Positions 17,152 through 29,835 of a stretch of 64,000 bases of DNA are shown one piece after another; position 1 is the first letter of the stretch; every line of letters begins with the position of its first letter. This DNA is from Bacillota bacterium (GTDB lineage Bacteria; Bacillota; Clostridia; DUPQ01). The position numbers and the translations under genes are program-made. The DNA lies in contig JAKJBR010000003.1 in NCBI GenBank assembly GCA_022706885.1, positions 7,331-71,330 on the forward strand, given 5' to 3'. The notes beneath the pieces were generated by a model, which searched no databases, was not told the origin of the DNA, and worked only from the letters and a program-made list of their open reading frames with translations.

Positions 17152-18129
17152 TTACATATCCGGTGATGCATCGGCATTGATATCAAAGTCTTCTTTGTTG
17201 ATATAGTAGGCTGCCGACGCAATCATTGCCGCATTATCGGTGCAAAGATGAATATCGGGATAGAAGACTTCCGTATTCTCTTTAGCGGCCCTTTTATTCA
17301 ATGCTTCCCTTAATCCTTTGTTTGCCGCCACTCCCCCGGCCACCACTATTCTCTTGCTTTTAGTTTCAAATACATTATCCACCAATACATCGGTAACCGC
17401 CTTTTGAAAAGATGCGGCAACATCTTCCTTGGAATAGTCCTCGTTTTTCTGCTCTTTTGAATGTATGTAGTTTATAACAGCGGTCTTGAGACCGGAAAAA
17501 CTGAAGTCAAAGACATTATCTTTGAACTTGGTTCTGGGAAAAGAAATTGCTTCGGGATTACCTTCTTTAGCCAGTTTGTCTATTTTCGGACCTCCGGGAT
17601 AAACCAGCCCCATTACCCTTCCGACCTTATCGTAAACCTCTCCTACCGCATCATCCCGTGTTCCGCCTAAAATCTTAATATCATCATACCCTTGTATATC
17701 CAATATATTGGTATGTCCGCCCGATATCAGTAAGCATACAAAAGGAGGCTTAAGGTCAATATGTGTCAGATAATTTGCTGCTATATGACCTTTGAGATGA
17801 TTAACCGGTATTAAAGGAATATTTAAAGATGCGGCAAGTGCTTTGGCAGCAGTTACACCCACCAACAGAGCTCCTATAAGCCCCGGTCCGTATGTAACAG
17901 CTATTGCATCTATATCTTCCCTCTTTATATCCGCTTCTTTGATTGCTCTATCAATGACAGGCAGTATGTATTCCACATGCTTTCTTGATGCTATTTCCGG
18001 TACCACTCCGCCGTATTCTTCAAATATCTTTGCAGAGGAAGAAATAATATTCGACAGTATAATTCTTCCGTCTTTTACTACGGAAGCGGCGGTTTCGTCA
18101 CAGCTTGTTTCTATTCCTAAAATAATCAT
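17152..18129 (-). CDS. tsaD: tRNA N6-adenosine threonylcarbamoyltransferase TsaD
   Basis: [18 protein letters not shown] Kae1/TsaD N-terminus; 325 aa. Confidence 0.9.
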   Translation of the reverse strand: MIILGIETSCDETAASVVKDGRIILSNIISSSAKIFEEYGGVVPEIASRKHVEYILPVIDRAIKEADIKREDIDAIAVTYGPGLIGALLVGVTAAKALAASLNIPLIPVNHLKGHIAANYLTHIDLKPPFVCLLISGGHTNILDIQGYDDIKILGGTRDDAVGEVYDKVGRVMGLVYPGGPKIDKLAKEGNPEAISFPRTKFKDNVFDFSFSGLKTAVINYIHSKEQKNEDYSKEDVAASFQKAVTDVLVDNVFETKSKRIVVAGGVAANKGLREALNKRAAKENTEVFYPDIHLCTDNAAMIASAAYYINKEDFDINADASPDM

Positions 18130-18911
18130 AACACTATATGAAATATGAACTGGTCCAATATGCAGAAAAGGCCCAATGCGGCAACATAGTATGCAAAGTA
18201 GAGTATCTTACCTTTTAAGACCGTTTTAACAAAAAGCTTAATGGCGAAGAATCCCGATACTCCTGCAAATATCATGCCTACAATAATCGGCAACACTTCG
18301 ATATTTCCCAATCCGACCTTAACAGCACCATATAGTTCCAGAATAAATCCGCCCAGTATTACAGGTATTGAAAGCAGAAAAGAAAACTTAACCGCATCTT
18401 CTTTTTTCAGTTTCCTGAATAATCCGCCCGTAAGAGTGGAGCCCGATCTGGAGATTCCCGGTACAATCGCCACCATCTGTATAACCCCGATAATCAGAGC
18501 ATCATACCATTTCATATTTTCTTTCTCTACCGTTCCGGGTTTTAATACGGAGGACACTATCAGTAAAACCGCGGTTATTAGAAACCCTATACCCAGAGTA
18601 GCTCCGCTGTCATTTAATCCTTCAAAAAAGTCGTTAAACAGAACACCCGCCAAAGCCGCAGGAATTGTAGCTATTATCAGCCATAATGTGAGTTTCTGAA
18701 CAGGTTTCTTAACCAACTCAATAATATCTTTCCAAAACACGACACAGACCGCTACCAATGTTGCAAAATGCACGGCTATATTAAATGTAAGAGTGGGTGT
18801 TTCTATACCCAGTATCTTTTCAAACAGCACTAAATGACCGGAACTGGATACCGGAAGAAATTCCGTTAAACCCTGAATTATTCCTAATAGAATTGCTTGC
18901 CAGATAGTCAT
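18126..18911 (-). CDS. uppP: Undecaprenyl-diphosphate phosphatase UppP (BacA)
   Basis: [15 protein letters not shown] motif; polytopic membrane protein of 261 aa. Confidence 0.9.
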   Translation of the reverse strand: MTIWQAILLGIIQGLTEFLPVSSSGHLVLFEKILGIETPTLTFNIAVHFATLVAVCVVFWKDIIELVKKPVQKLTLWLIIATIPAALAGVLFNDFFEGLNDSGATLGIGFLITAVLLIVSSVLKPGTVEKENMKWYDALIIGVIQMVAIVPGISRSGSTLTGGLFRKLKKEDAVKFSFLLSIPVILGGFILELYGAVKVGLGNIEVLPIIVGMIFAGVSGFFAIKLFVKTVLKGKILYFAYYVAALGLFCILDQFIFHIVL

Positions 18912-20179
18912 GACACATTTTCTTCCAAAAGATTACCTTTATACACTAATTTGGGAGGTGTATTGTTCAATATGGTACTTTCCTCCACTATACACTTTGC
19001 AATGGACGGGTCGGACGGGACCGAATACATTACTTCCATAAGTGCCGATTCTATAATGGAGCGTAATCCGCGCGCTCCGCTCTTTCGCTCCAAAGTCTTC
19101 TTAGCTATGGCACGTAATGCCTTTTCTTCAAATACCAGCTCGCAACCGTCCATTTCCAATATCTTTTTATATTGTTTTACCAAGGCATTTTTAGGTTCCT
19201 TCAGTATAGAAACAAGAATATCTTCGGTAAGCTGTTCCAGCGTAACGATAACCGGCAATCTGCCTACGAACTCGGGAATAAGTCCGTATTTCAACAAGTC
19301 CTGCGTTTCAATGTGTTTCAAAATCCTGTCTTTTTCCACACTGTTTGTTTTATGAATTTCCGCTCCGAAACCTATTGCTCTTTTACCCAATCTGTTCAAT
19401 ATTATCTCATCTATACCCTGGAATGCTCCACCACATATGAACAGTATATTGGTAGTATCTATCTGTATATATTCCTGTGTCGGATGCTTTCTTCCTCCCT
19501 GAGGAGGTACATTGGCTACAGTCCCTTCCAGTATCTTCAATAATGCCTGCTGTACTCCCTCGCCCGAAACATCTCTGGTTATTGAAGGGTTATCGCCTCT
19601 TCTGGCTATTTTGTCCACTTCATCTATGTAAACAATTCCCCTTTGGGCTCTTTGCAGGTTATAGTCCGCGGCCTGTATAAGCCTTAACAATATATTCTCC
19701 ACATCATCTCCCACATAACCGGCTTCGGTAAGCGTTGTAGCATCGGAGATGGCTATGGGGACATTGAGTATCTTGGCAAGAGTCTGTGCCATGTAGGTTT
19801 TGCCCGTACCCGTAGGACCCAACATAAGTATGTTGCTTTTTTGGATTTCCACATCATCAGGCTCATGAGCAACATTGTAACTTATCCTTTTATAGTGATT
19901 GTATACCGCTACGGATATGGCCTTTTTTGCATCATCCTGACCTATCAGATAGGTATCCAGCTGTCTTTTAATCTCTTCGGGATGAGGAACTTGATCTATA
20001 ACCGTTTCCGTTACCTCTTCCTCTTCATCATCATATCCCAGTTCAGTATCAAGAAGATCGGAACATAAATCCACACACTCATTGCATATATAGACGCCGG
20101 GACCGGAGATAAGTCTCTGAACCCTGTCTTCGGATTTACCGCAAAAAGAGCATCTGATCTTCTTTATTTCGTCTGACAT
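18908..20179 (-). CDS. clpX: ATP-dependent Clp protease ATP-binding subunit ClpX
   Basis: N-terminal C4 zinc finger (CSFCGK...CNECV), AAA+ Walker A GPTGTGKT, and the IGFG loop. Confidence 0.95.
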   Translation of the reverse strand: MSDEIKKIRCSFCGKSEDRVQRLISGPGVYICNECVDLCSDLLDTELGYDDEEEEVTETVIDQVPHPEEIKRQLDTYLIGQDDAKKAISVAVYNHYKRISYNVAHEPDDVEIQKSNILMLGPTGTGKTYMAQTLAKILNVPIAISDATTLTEAGYVGDDVENILLRLIQAADYNLQRAQRGIVYIDEVDKIARRGDNPSITRDVSGEGVQQALLKILEGTVANVPPQGGRKHPTQEYIQIDTTNILFICGGAFQGIDEIILNRLGKRAIGFGAEIHKTNSVEKDRILKHIETQDLLKYGLIPEFVGRLPVIVTLEQLTEDILVSILKEPKNALVKQYKKILEMDGCELVFEEKALRAIAKKTLERKSGARGLRSIIESALMEVMYSVPSDPSIAKCIVEESTILNNTPPKLVYKGNLLEENVS

Positions 20180-20192
20180 TCAATTCTCCTTT

Positions 20193-20777
20193 TTATCTCT
20201 TATTCAGGACTTCATCAATTATGCCGTACTGTTTTGCATCGGCTGAAGACATGAAGTAATCTCTTTCAACATCTTTTGCTATCTGCTCTAAGGGTTGCCC
20301 GGTTTTTTCCGCCAATATCCTGTTGAGATTATCCTTTACTTTCAACAGCCAATCGGTATGAAGGCGTATATCGGTTGCCTGACCTTGTATTCCTCCGGAC
20401 GGCTGATGTATCATTATCTGGCTGTTGGGCAGGGCATATCGCTTGCCTTTGGTACCTGCCGCAAGCAGAAACGCTCCCATGGAAGCGGCCAATCCGACAC
20501 ACATTGTGGAAACATCGCATTTAACAAGCTGCATGGTGTCATAAATTGCCAATCCCGATGTAACCGATCCGCCCGGGCTGTTAATGTACAACTTTATGTC
20601 TTTTTCCGGATCTTCATGTTCCAGAAACAGCATCTGAGCGATTATAAGGCTTGCTGCAATATCATTGACCTCACTTCCCAAGAATACTATCCTGTCCTTC
20701 AGCAGTCTGGAAAAAATGTCATATGACCTCTCTCCTCTGCTGGTCTGTTCAATTACATATGGTATGGTATTCATCAT
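20193..20777 (-). CDS. clpP: ATP-dependent Clp protease proteolytic subunit ClpP
   Basis: Ser-His-Asp catalytic region ([14 protein letters not shown]); 194 aa. Confidence 0.95.
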   Translation of the reverse strand: MMNTIPYVIEQTSRGERSYDIFSRLLKDRIVFLGSEVNDIAASLIIAQMLFLEHEDPEKDIKLYINSPGGSVTSGLAIYDTMQLVKCDVSTMCVGLAASMGAFLLAAGTKGKRYALPNSQIMIHQPSGGIQGQATDIRLHTDWLLKVKDNLNRILAEKTGQPLEQIAKDVERDYFMSSADAKQYGIIDEVLNKR

Positions 20778-20797
20778 TTATCCTTCCTTGTCGGTTA

Positions 20798-22165
20798 TTA
20801 CTTCTCCGACTTATCTTCCGCGGTTTTCCTGGAAGCCGCTTTCTTTTTGGGTTCCCCGTCCTGTTTCTCCTCTTTAACTTCCTTAACCTTCTTTGCTGAG
20901 GAATATATTAAATCCACCACTTTATCGTTAGCAATTTTATCGGTATAGTATGCCTTGTAGTCACCTATGGCTTGCTTTATCCGATCAGGTTCCATCTTGT
21001 ATGTTTCCGCTTCTTTGTTAAGCAGTTCCTTAATCTCTTCGTCGGTAACCTGAATGTTTTCAACATTCTTAATCGCTTCCACTACCAGATCGCGAACTAC
21101 CATCATTCCTGCCTGTTCCTTATATTGACTGCGGATATCTTCCATCTTCATTCCGGTATATTCCAGATATTGCTCCAAGGTATATCCGCTGTATTGCATT
21201 TCCATCCTCATATTGTCGATAATATTGTCGGTCGCTCTTTCTATCATGGCATCAGGTATATCAACCTTAGCATTTTTGCATGCGGTTGCAAGTGCTGCGG
21301 AACGCATGGAATCTTCCGCTCTTTTCTGTCTTTCTTCCAGCATTTTCTTTTTTGTTTCTTCCTTATACTGCTCAACCGTATCGTATTCGCTTATGTCTTT
21401 TATAAACTCATCATCGATAACCGGCAATTCCTTGACTTTTATCTCATGAAGTACTACCTTGAAAACAGCTTGCTTGCCTTTTAATTCCTCCGCATGATAT
21501 TCATCGGGAAACTTGACATTGACATCAAACTCGTCATTAATGTTGTGCCCGATAATCTGCTCTTCAAATCCCGGTATAAATGTTTTTGAACCTATTACCA
21601 GCTGTTGTTTTTCCGCCGTTCCGCCTTCAAAAGCAACACCGTCCGCAAATCCTTCGTAATCAATTATTACGGTATCTCCATCTTTTACGGGACGATCTTC
21701 AACAGATACCATACGGGAGTTTTTATCTGCTTCTCTGTTGAGGGCATCTTCCACATCTTTATCGCTTACTTCCACTTCCGCCTTCTTTATCTCAACACCT
21801 TTGTATTTACCCAATTCCACATCGGGTTTGACATCCACGGTAATAGAGAAGGTAATTCCGTTTTCTTCATCCATATCTTTTAAATCCACATGAGGATAAT
21901 CCACTACATCCAATTTGAGGTCATCTATTGCTTTGGGATATTCCGCATTCAAAGCCATATCCACCGCTGTATCATAAAAAACCCCTTTCCCGTAAATTCT
22001 TTCAATCAGATACTGAGGAGCTTTCCCTTTTCTGAAGCCCTGTATCGTATACTTATTCTTGTCTTTGTAATATGCCTTTGTAATATATCCGTTAAATTCC
22101 TCTTTTGTAAGAGCAATCTCCATTTCCACTTTATAGCCTTCTTTTTTTACTATTTTGCTTTCCAT
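20798..22165 (-). CDS. tig: Trigger factor
   Basis: GFRKGKAP ribosome-binding signature; 455 aa with a Lys/Glu-rich C-terminus. Confidence 0.9.
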   Translation of the reverse strand: MESKIVKKEGYKVEMEIALTKEEFNGYITKAYYKDKNKYTIQGFRKGKAPQYLIERIYGKGVFYDTAVDMALNAEYPKAIDDLKLDVVDYPHVDLKDMDEENGITFSITVDVKPDVELGKYKGVEIKKAEVEVSDKDVEDALNREADKNSRMVSVEDRPVKDGDTVIIDYEGFADGVAFEGGTAEKQQLVIGSKTFIPGFEEQIIGHNINDEFDVNVKFPDEYHAEELKGKQAVFKVVLHEIKVKELPVIDDEFIKDISEYDTVEQYKEETKKKMLEERQKRAEDSMRSAALATACKNAKVDIPDAMIERATDNIIDNMRMEMQYSGYTLEQYLEYTGMKMEDIRSQYKEQAGMMVVRDLVVEAIKNVENIQVTDEEIKELLNKEAETYKMEPDRIKQAIGDYKAYYTDKIANDKVVDLIYSSAKKVKEVKEEKQDGEPKKKAASRKTAEDKSEK

Positions 22166-22340
22166 TACATACCTCCGCCTTCTTTGCGTCGCAGTTTATA
22201 TTAACATATGGTACACCTTAAATCAATAAAATTAAATAAATACCCTGAATTATTACATATTATGTCTATACATTCCGGCATAAACAGACTGTCCCGTTTC
22301 ATATGTTTCATTTAGTATGAAAAAACTTTTGTTATAGACA

Positions 22341-22371
22341 AACACAACACTGCACTTTTTTGGTGCAGTGT
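22341..22371 (-). terminator. Stem-loop AACACTGCAC / GTGCAGTGTT, 26 nt downstream of the GH78 stop
   Basis: 10-bp perfect stem with an AT-rich loop; the downstream U-tract is imperfect. Confidence 0.45.
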
Positions 22372-22396
22372 TGTTATTCTGTTTGCAATGTGTTTG

Positions 22397-25003
22397 TTAA
22401 ACCGTCTTTCTTATCTCCAGCTTGTATTTTCCCGACTCCATCTCCATATACCCTTTTCCTAAAAGATTGTTGTCTTCATAAATCTCCATCCCTGCTCCCA
22501 GTTTAAGAACAGCACAGGTATTGGTCGGAATCTCAATATCCATGGTTATAGTATTACCCGCTTTGACATAGGAAGAACGTATGGTTCCGTACATGCTTTC
22601 AAAAACCGCATCTACATTTACCAGCGGAGTATTAAATGCCGGAGCAATGGTAAACCTCTTAAAACCCGGATAGTCGGGATCGGGTCTTATGCCCGCAAAG
22701 TACTTGAAGAATGTAGCGGATATATCACCGAACATGTGATGGTTTCTGGAACCTTCTCCGTTCCAGGTCTCATACAAAGTGGTTGCACCCAACGATTTTA
22801 TTTCATGAACGAAACTCGGGAATGTTTCTTTTGTAATCATGGAATAGATTAAATCGGCACGACCTCTTATTCCCAAGATATTGTTCACATATTTATTACC
22901 CAATATTCCGTAATCCAGATGTCCGTCAGCTTCATCAATGGTTCTGAGCAGATGCTTGTATACCAGTTCGTATTCTTTATCGTCCTCATAAAGATTATGA
23001 TAAAGCATTGCGGCATAACAGGTCTGTCCGTCTCCTTTAAGCCTGCCTGTTTGAGTGTCATAGAAAGTTTTTCTGAAACCGGCTTTAATTCTCTTTGCAG
23101 TTTTATTGAATTCCTTTGCATCGTCACGATGTCCTAACATTTTTGCAAATTTCTCCAGCACATTGGCCATGGTATACATACATGCCGTATCGGTTAAATC
23201 GATAGGTGCTTTAAACGACGACATATTGACCGAAATAGCCGGTCCTTCGAAAGGTGCACACCAGTCGCCCACCCCGTAGTCATTGACACATACATCGTTC
23301 TGCATCATGGAAAGCATGTATTTCATGTTTCTCTTCATGTACTGATAGTATTTGCGTATGACATATTTATCCGCATAATATGTATGCATGCTGTCGGGAA
23401 GCCATGTCAGTACGGAAGAGTAGTCCGGTCCGTTCCCCCAGTTATATCCCCATCCTCCGGTCGGTACCATACAGGGTATATTTCCTTTTGCCTTCATTGA
23501 ATCTTTAATATCGTTAAGCCACTTCATCCACAAGGGACCGGACATATAGTTGAAGAGAATCTGCTCGGTGGACACATTGGTATCTCCTGTCCATGCGTTC
23601 TTCTCTCTGTGAGGCGAATCGGTCAATAAACCGTACATGTTGGAATAGGTGGCCATTCTGGTATTCTTATGAATTTGATTTATATTGTCGTCGGAACAGG
23701 AGAACTGCCCTATTTCCTTTACTGCGGTATGCAGGAATATGGCGGTTGCACTTGACAAATCCGGCTGGTCGGTAAATCCTTCAATTTGTGCATACCTGAA
23801 GCCGTGGTATACAAATCTGGGTTGCCAGATTTCCTCTCCGTCACCCTTCTTGATATACTTATCAGTCTGGAATTCACCCGTCTTTGTGAAACCGCTGTTA
23901 TAGGCGGTATCCAATGTACCGTCATCTTTGAGTTTTTCATTCATCTTTATAACAAACTCGGCTCCTTTGGGACCTTTTACTTTTATTCTGACAAATCCCG
24001 CCATGTTCTGTCCGAAATCAAACAAATATGTGTTTTTGGCTACATTCTTAACACTGATTGCCGGATATTCTCTGTCAAGTTTTACCGAAGGCATTTCATT
24101 TGCTTTGAGTAATCCTCCCGGATCGCGTGATATACTTACATTTACCCAGTCATCAACTAATGCATCCGGCTGGCACCATGATGGTATTTCCAGCCTCGCA
24201 TCATAAAACTCTCCGTTTCTTAAACTGTTGAAAGTAATGGGACTCATATGACTTTCCCATGTAATATCCGAAGGAATACATATCTGCTTATTATTCTTGG
24301 TGGTGATATACAATTCGCATATCATCTTGGGACTGCCTCTCCAGGAAGCGGCATGGGTATTCCACTGATCAATTGTAGGATAATTGAAGAATCCGTTTCC
24401 TAAAATAACGCCCAGCATATTGGAACCCTTACGCAAGTATTCCGTTACATTGAAAGTGTAGTACAGAAGAGTTCTGTCATATGCGGTGAAAGGCGGATCC
24501 ATTACATGGTCATTTATCTTTTTACCGTTGATATAGGGCTCAAAGAATCCCGCCCCGGTTATGTACAGCATTGCCTTGGAAACATCATCGGGGATATCGA
24601 ATCTTTTTCTTAAGTAAGGAGAAGAAGCTGCAAGTTCTCTGGGTACTCTGTACCCTGCCTGTATATATTTGCCGACCCATTCTTCTTCCAGTTTGCCGGT
24701 ATCAAAAAAAGCATCTTCACTTTGTGCTCTTTCACCTTTTTTGTCGGTTACACTGACATTCCAGCGATATGTGGTCCTCGGCAGCAGTTTCTTGCCCTTA
24801 TACTCGATAAGTACGGATTCATCGCTTCGGACATTTTTGGAATCCCATACCACCTTGCCGCCCGTCATGACCTTTATTCTGTATGAACGTTGTTTGTTAC
24901 CTCTTCCGTCCTGTGCAAGCTTCCATGAGAATCTCGGAATCTCATCAATTCCCAACGGGTTGGTAAGATAGTTTACTGTTAAATCCTTTATGGTAATAGA
25001 CAT
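22397..25003 (-). CDS. Alpha-L-rhamnosidase (GH78)
   Basis: N-terminus LTNPLGIDEIPRFSWKL is typical of GH78; 868 aa, no signal peptide. Confidence 0.75.
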   Translation of the reverse strand: MSITIKDLTVNYLTNPLGIDEIPRFSWKLAQDGRGNKQRSYRIKVMTGGKVVWDSKNVRSDESVLIEYKGKKLLPRTTYRWNVSVTDKKGERAQSEDAFFDTGKLEEEWVGKYIQAGYRVPRELAASSPYLRKRFDIPDDVSKAMLYITGAGFFEPYINGKKINDHVMDPPFTAYDRTLLYYTFNVTEYLRKGSNMLGVILGNGFFNYPTIDQWNTHAASWRGSPKMICELYITTKNNKQICIPSDITWESHMSPITFNSLRNGEFYDARLEIPSWCQPDALVDDWVNVSISRDPGGLLKANEMPSVKLDREYPAISVKNVAKNTYLFDFGQNMAGFVRIKVKGPKGAEFVIKMNEKLKDDGTLDTAYNSGFTKTGEFQTDKYIKKGDGEEIWQPRFVYHGFRYAQIEGFTDQPDLSSATAIFLHTAVKEIGQFSCSDDNINQIHKNTRMATYSNMYGLLTDSPHREKNAWTGDTNVSTEQILFNYMSGPLWMKWLNDIKDSMKAKGNIPCMVPTGGWGYNWGNGPDYSSVLTWLPDSMHTYYADKYVIRKYYQYMKRNMKYMLSMMQNDVCVNDYGVGDWCAPFEGPAISVNMSSFKAPIDLTDTACMYTMANVLEKFAKMLGHRDDAKEFNKTAKRIKAGFRKTFYDTQTGRLKGDGQTCYAAMLYHNLYEDDKEYELVYKHLLRTIDEADGHLDYGILGNKYVNNILGIRGRADLIYSMITKETFPSFVHEIKSLGATTLYETWNGEGSRNHHMFGDISATFFKYFAGIRPDPDYPGFKRFTIAPAFNTPLVNVDAVFESMYGTIRSSYVKAGNTITMDIEIPTNTCAVLKLGAGMEIYEDNNLLGKGYMEMESGKYKLEIRKTV

Positions 25004-25028
25004 TTGCTCATCTCCTTACTGAATTATT

Positions 25029-25057
25029 TTGCCTTTTAATTATATCTTTTTTATAAC
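25029..25057 (-). promoter_or_regulatory. Sigma-A-like promoter for the GH78 gene (TTGTCA, 17 nt, TATAAT on the minus strand)
   Basis: Read directly from the sequence; the -10 element ends about 25 nt upstream of the ATG. Confidence 0.5.
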
Positions 25058-25133
25058 TGCATGACAAGGTAGCAAAAGTCCCGGTAAACTCAAAAGAAAA
25101 TAAAAAAGAACACATTTTGATTCAAAATTGCTT

Positions 25134-25169
25134 TAAAAAAACGGAAGCAAGTGTAAACCTGCTTCCGCT
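25134..25169 (-). terminator. Rho-independent terminator of tuf
   Basis: On the minus strand, GCGGAAGCAGG...CTTGCTTCCG stem followed by TTTTTTT. Confidence 0.75.
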
Positions 25170-25190
25170 GAGATAACTATTAAAATAGTC

Positions 25191-26396
25191 TTACTTCATT
25201 ATCTTAACAACGCTTCCTGCGCCTACGGTCTTTCCGCCTTCTCTTATAGCGAATCTCAAGCCTTCGTCCATAGCGATAGGTGTGATAAGAGCAATTCTCA
25301 TATCAATGTGGTCGCCGGGCATAACCATTTCCACGCCTTCGGGAAGGTTGGCAACACCGGTAACGTCGGTTGTTCTGAAATAGAACTGAGGTCTGTAACC
25401 TGTGAAGAACGGTGTATGTCTTCCGCCTTCTTCAGCTGTCAGTACGTATACCTGTCCGACAAAATCGGTATGCGGCTTGATTGATCCGGGTTTTGCAAGA
25501 ACCTGTCCTCTTTCGATATCGGTTCTCTGAACTCCTCTCAAAAGACATCCTACATTGTCACCTGCCTGTGCGAAATCCAGAATCTTTCTGAACATTTCCA
25601 CGCCTGTTACAACGGTAGATGAAATCTTTTCCGTAAGTCCTACTATCTCTACAGTATCCTGAACTTTAACCGTTCCTCTTTCCACTCTTCCGGTAGCAAC
25701 CGTTCCTCTACCCGTGATGGAGAAAACGTCCTCAACCGGCATTAAGAAAGGCTTATCTACATCTCTCTGCGGAGTAGGAATATATGAGTCAACAGTTTCC
25801 ATAAGTTTAAGGATTGATGCATACTCGGGTGCACTCTGATCGGTAGAAGTTGACTGCAGAGCCTGAAGCGCCGAACCCATGACTATGGGAATATCATCTC
25901 CGGGGAACTCATACTCGTTGAGTATTTCTCTTAATTCCATTTCTACGAGTTCCAGAATCTCGGGATCATCAACCTGGTCGGTTTTATTCATGTATACTAC
26001 AATGTACGGAACGCCAACCTGACGTGCAAGCAGTATATGCTCTTTTGTCTGAGGCATCGGACCGTCAGCAGCGGAAACAACGAGTATTGCTCCGTCCATC
26101 TGAGCCGCACCGGTAATCATGTTCTTAACATAGTCTGCGTGACCGGGACAGTCAACATGCGCATAGTGTCTGTTCTTTGTCTCATACTCAACGTGAGCTG
26201 TAGCAATGGTGATTCCTCTTGCTTTTTCTTCAGGTGCTGCGTCAATCTGCTCGTATGCCTTGAAAACTATGTTTTTATCAGCTAAAGCCAATGTCTTTGT
26301 AATAGCAGCAGTTAATGTGGTCTTGCCATGGTCTACGTGTCCGATAGTACCGATGTTGCAATGTGGTTTAGTTCTTTCAAATTTTGCTTTTGCCAT
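25191..26396 (-). CDS. tuf: Elongation factor Tu
   Basis: [28 protein letters not shown]; 401 aa. Confidence 0.97.
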   Translation of the reverse strand: MAKAKFERTKPHCNIGTIGHVDHGKTTLTAAITKTLALADKNIVFKAYEQIDAAPEEKARGITIATAHVEYETKNRHYAHVDCPGHADYVKNMITGAAQMDGAILVVSAADGPMPQTKEHILLARQVGVPYIVVYMNKTDQVDDPEILELVEMELREILNEYEFPGDDIPIVMGSALQALQSTSTDQSAPEYASILKLMETVDSYIPTPQRDVDKPFLMPVEDVFSITGRGTVATGRVERGTVKVQDTVEIVGLTEKISSTVVTGVEMFRKILDFAQAGDNVGCLLRGVQRTDIERGQVLAKPGSIKPHTDFVGQVYVLTAEEGGRHTPFFTGYRPQFYFRTTDVTGVANLPEGVEMVMPGDHIDMRIALITPIAMDEGLRFAIREGGKTVGAGSVVKIMK

Positions 26397-26473
26397 TTTA
26401 TTTTTTCCTCCAATTATAATGAGCTGATTTATATATTAATTTATATACATTCTACATATGAATGCGGGTTGTG

Positions 26474-28549
26474 TCAATAGTTCGTTTTGAGTATTTTTGT
26501 CGCTAAATCATCCGGTATTCTCTCAAAATGATGGTATTGCATGGTAAATGTGCCTCTTCCCTGCGTATTGGATCGAAGGTCGGTAGCATATCCGAACATC
26601 TCTTTCAAGGGCACTGTTGCGGTGATGACCGATTCAATTTCCCCGGCCTCCACATTCTCTATTTTTCCTCTTTTTGCCGTTATATCGCCTAAAACGTCAC
26701 CCAGACAGTTTTCCGGGACAAATATGTCCACACGCATTACCGGTTCCAAAAGAATGGGATCGGCATTCATACATGCTTCTCTGAAACCCATGTTTGCGGC
26801 TATCATGAAAGCCATATCCGAGGAGTCCACCTCATGGAAAGAGCCGTCCAGAAGGGTTACGGTAACATCCACAACGGGATATCCCGCCTGAATACCGTTG
26901 CTTAAGGATTCTCTTATGCCTTTTTCTACCGCCGGAATATATATTTTGGGTATTACCCCTCCTACGGTTTTATCGATAAAGGTAAACCCTTCGCCCGGTT
27001 TGGCCGGTGCCACTTCCAGCACTACATGACCGTACTGTCCGTGTCCTCCGGTCTGCCTGATGAATTTTCCTTCTGCACGCGAAGTTTTCGTGATGGTTTC
27101 CTTGTAAGTCACCTGAGGTTTTCCTTTGGTTGCTTCCACGGAAAACTCCCTTCTCATCCTATCTACGATAATATCCAGATGAAGTTCTCCCATTCCCGAT
27201 ATGAGAACCTGTCCGGTATCTTTGTCGGTTTTGAATTTGAAGGTCGGATCTTCTTCGGAAAGTTTCTGCAAAGCCAATGCCATTCTGTCCTGATGAACTT
27301 TATCTTTGCCTTCGACAGCTATGGATATAACCGGTTCGGGAAACTGCATTGACTCCAAAATAACAGGGTCTTTGGGGTCGCAAAGTGTATCTCCCGTCAC
27401 AGTGAACTTTAAGCCTACCGCACAGGCAATATCTCCGGAATAAACTTTACTGATATCGGTCCTGCTGTTGGAGTGCATCATGAGTATTCTTCCGATACGC
27501 TCTTTTTTATCCTTGGTTGCATTCAGAACATAGGAACCTGTCTCCAGCGTCCCGGAATATACCCGGAAAAAACATATCTTTCCGACAAAAGGATCGGACA
27601 TTATTTTGAATGCCAGTGCGGCAAACGGTTCATCATCCCGTGACGGTTTGGTTATCACTTTGGAATGATCATGCATACTGAAGCCTTCTATGTCACAAAC
27701 ATCCACCGGCGACGGCAGATAATCGGTTATAGCATCCAGAAGTTTCTGAACCCCTTTGTTTTTATATGAAGATCCGCACAATACGGGAGTTATGGTTAAA
27801 TTGACGGTTCCTGCCCTCAAAGCTGCTTTTATTTCGTCTTCCTCCACATCCTCTCCCTCAAGATACTTCTCCATAAGACATTCCGATTCATCACATACCG
27901 ATTCGATAAGTTTAATTCTATACTCGGCTGCTTTATCCAGCATATCATCAGGTATATCCAGTTCCTCAATACTATTGCCCAAATCATCCCTGTAGAAATA
28001 TGCTTTGAACTTAACAAGGTCTATTATTCCCGTAAAGTCCGACTCTTTACCTATAGGTAACTGGATGGGAACCGGATTGGCATTGAGTCGCTTTCTCATC
28101 ATTTCCACACAACGGAAAAAGTCCGCACCGGTAGTATCCATCTTATTGATATAGGCAATTCTGGGTACCTTATACCTGTCCGCCTGTCTCCATACCGTTT
28201 CCGACTGGGGTTCCACACCGCCTTTTGCACAGAAAACCGAAACGGCACCGTCAAGCACTCTAAGACTTCTCTCCACCTCGGCGGTAAAATCCACATGACC
28301 GGGAGTATCGATAATGTTCAGTCGGTAGTCTTTCCAATAGGCTGTCGTAGCGGCGGAAGTTATGGTAATACCACGCTCCTGCTCCTGCTCCATCCAGTCC
28401 ATTGTTGCCGCCCCCTCATGAACCTCTCCCATCCTGTGAAGCTTTCCGGTATAGTAGAGAATTCTTTCGGTAGTTGTGGTTTTGCCGGCATCAATATGAG
28501 CCATTATTCCGATATTTCTGGTAAATTCCAGTGCATAATCTCTCGGCAT
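26474..28549 (-). CDS. fusA: Elongation factor G
   Basis: [20 protein letters not shown]; 691 aa. Confidence 0.97.
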   Translation of the reverse strand: MPRDYALEFTRNIGIMAHIDAGKTTTTERILYYTGKLHRMGEVHEGAATMDWMEQEQERGITITSAATTAYWKDYRLNIIDTPGHVDFTAEVERSLRVLDGAVSVFCAKGGVEPQSETVWRQADRYKVPRIAYINKMDTTGADFFRCVEMMRKRLNANPVPIQLPIGKESDFTGIIDLVKFKAYFYRDDLGNSIEELDIPDDMLDKAAEYRIKLIESVCDESECLMEKYLEGEDVEEDEIKAALRAGTVNLTITPVLCGSSYKNKGVQKLLDAITDYLPSPVDVCDIEGFSMHDHSKVITKPSRDDEPFAALAFKIMSDPFVGKICFFRVYSGTLETGSYVLNATKDKKERIGRILMMHSNSRTDISKVYSGDIACAVGLKFTVTGDTLCDPKDPVILESMQFPEPVISIAVEGKDKVHQDRMALALQKLSEEDPTFKFKTDKDTGQVLISGMGELHLDIIVDRMRREFSVEATKGKPQVTYKETITKTSRAEGKFIRQTGGHGQYGHVVLEVAPAKPGEGFTFIDKTVGGVIPKIYIPAVEKGIRESLSNGIQAGYPVVDVTVTLLDGSFHEVDSSDMAFMIAANMGFREACMNADPILLEPVMRVDIFVPENCLGDVLGDITAKRGKIENVEAGEIESVITATVPLKEMFGYATDLRSNTQGRGTFTMQYHHFERIPDDLATKILKTNY

Positions 28550-28564
28550 ATTATTCTTTCCGAA

Positions 28565-29035
28565 TTACCACCTGTAATGAGCAAACGCCTTATTAGCCTC
28601 TGCCATTCTGTGCATTTCTTCTTTTCTCTTGAAGGTATTGCTGACTCCGTTAACGGAATCCATAATCTCTGCGGCAAGTCGCTGTTTCATGGTGTGTTCA
28701 TTGCGGTTTCTTGCAAACTGAACAAGCCATCTCAAAGCAAGAGCCTGTCTTCTTTCGGGACGAACTTCCACAGGAACCTGATATGTTGCGCCTCCTACTC
28801 TTCTTGCCTTAACTTCAAGAGCAGGCATTATATTCTCCAAAGCCTGTTTAAAAACTTCCAGAGGATCTTTGCCCGTCTTTGTTTTGACAATATCAAAAGC
28901 ATCGTAGCATATTCTTTGTGCTACGCCTTTTTTACCATCAAGCATTATATTGTTTATTAATTTTGCCACCACCTTGTCCTTATATACCGGATCGGGCAGT
29001 ATTTCTCTTTTTGGGACATGTCCTTTTCTTGGCAC
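28565..29035 (-). CDS. rpsG: 30S ribosomal protein S7
   Basis: 156 aa with a canonical S7 sequence. Confidence 0.95.
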   Translation of the reverse strand: MPRKGHVPKREILPDPVYKDKVVAKLINNIMLDGKKGVAQRICYDAFDIVKTKTGKDPLEVFKQALENIMPALEVKARRVGGATYQVPVEVRPERRQALALRWLVQFARNRNEHTMKQRLAAEIMDSVNGVSNTFKRKEEMHRMAEANKAFAHYRW

Positions 29036-29146
29036 TTGTCTTCCCTCCTTAATAATAATTTTTCATAGGTACTCAGCCGTGTCAGCTGTCAGTCCGGGTA
29101 CATATCACCTTTTATATATGTTAAGTACCGGATACTTCTAAGTACA

Positions 29147-29557
29147 TTATTTACCTTTTTTTGCACCGTATTTGGATCTGCTTTGTTTTCTGTTAGCAAC
29201 TCCCTGTGCGTCCAATGTTCCTCTGATAATGTGATATCTTACACCGGGTAAGTCTTTGACTCTTCCGCCTCTTATGAGAACAACGCTGTGTTCCTGAAGA
29301 TTGTGGCCTATTCCCGGTATATATGCTGTCACTTCATACCCGTTGGAAAGTCTAACTCTTGCAATTTTCCTCAACGCGGAATTAGGCTTCTTGGGAGTGT
29401 TGGTTTTTACCACCGTACACACTCCTCTTTTTTGAGGACAAGCTACTGCTGTAGTTCTCTTCCTGATGGTATTCATGCTTTTCTGTAAAGCCGGTGACAG
29501 TGATTTCGTTTTGGAAACCTGTCTTCCTTTTGTTACCAGTTGATTAAATGTCGGCAT
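29147..29557 (-). CDS. rpsL: 30S ribosomal protein S12
   Basis: [13 protein letters not shown]...[10 protein letters not shown]. Confidence 0.95.
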   Translation of the reverse strand: MPTFNQLVTKGRQVSKTKSLSPALQKSMNTIRKRTTAVACPQKRGVCTVVKTNTPKKPNSALRKIARVRLSNGYEVTAYIPGIGHNLQEHSVVLIRGGRVKDLPGVRYHIIRGTLDAQGVANRKQSRSKYGAKKGK

Positions 29558-29589
29558 CTTTTCCCTCCTTTCTTTAAGTAGTTATATAT

Positions 29590-29835
29590 TTACTTCAAAA
29601 TACATACCGCTGATGCTTTAACGCTTATACCGTTTAACAATCCCAATTGTCCGGCGGTATCGGCATATCTTATCTCGACACCTTTTTTCTCACATAATTT
29701 TGCAAGCGACTCAGTCAGTGAGCGGTCGGCGTCTTTAGCAATGTATACCGTCATTGCACGGTCTTCCGAAACGGCTTTCATCGATTGTTTAAGACCGATT
29801 ACCTTTTTATCCTGCGATGCTGCCGTAAACATCAT
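29590..29835 (-). CDS. Ribosomal protein L7Ae-like (YbxF-type)
   Basis: 81-aa L7Ae-fold protein sitting between rpoC and rpsL, as in Bacillus ybxF; its start overlaps the rpoC stop. Confidence 0.65.
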   Translation of the reverse strand: MMFTAASQDKKVIGLKQSMKAVSEDRAMTVYIAKDADRSLTESLAKLCEKKGVEIRYADTAGQLGLLNGISVKASAVCILK

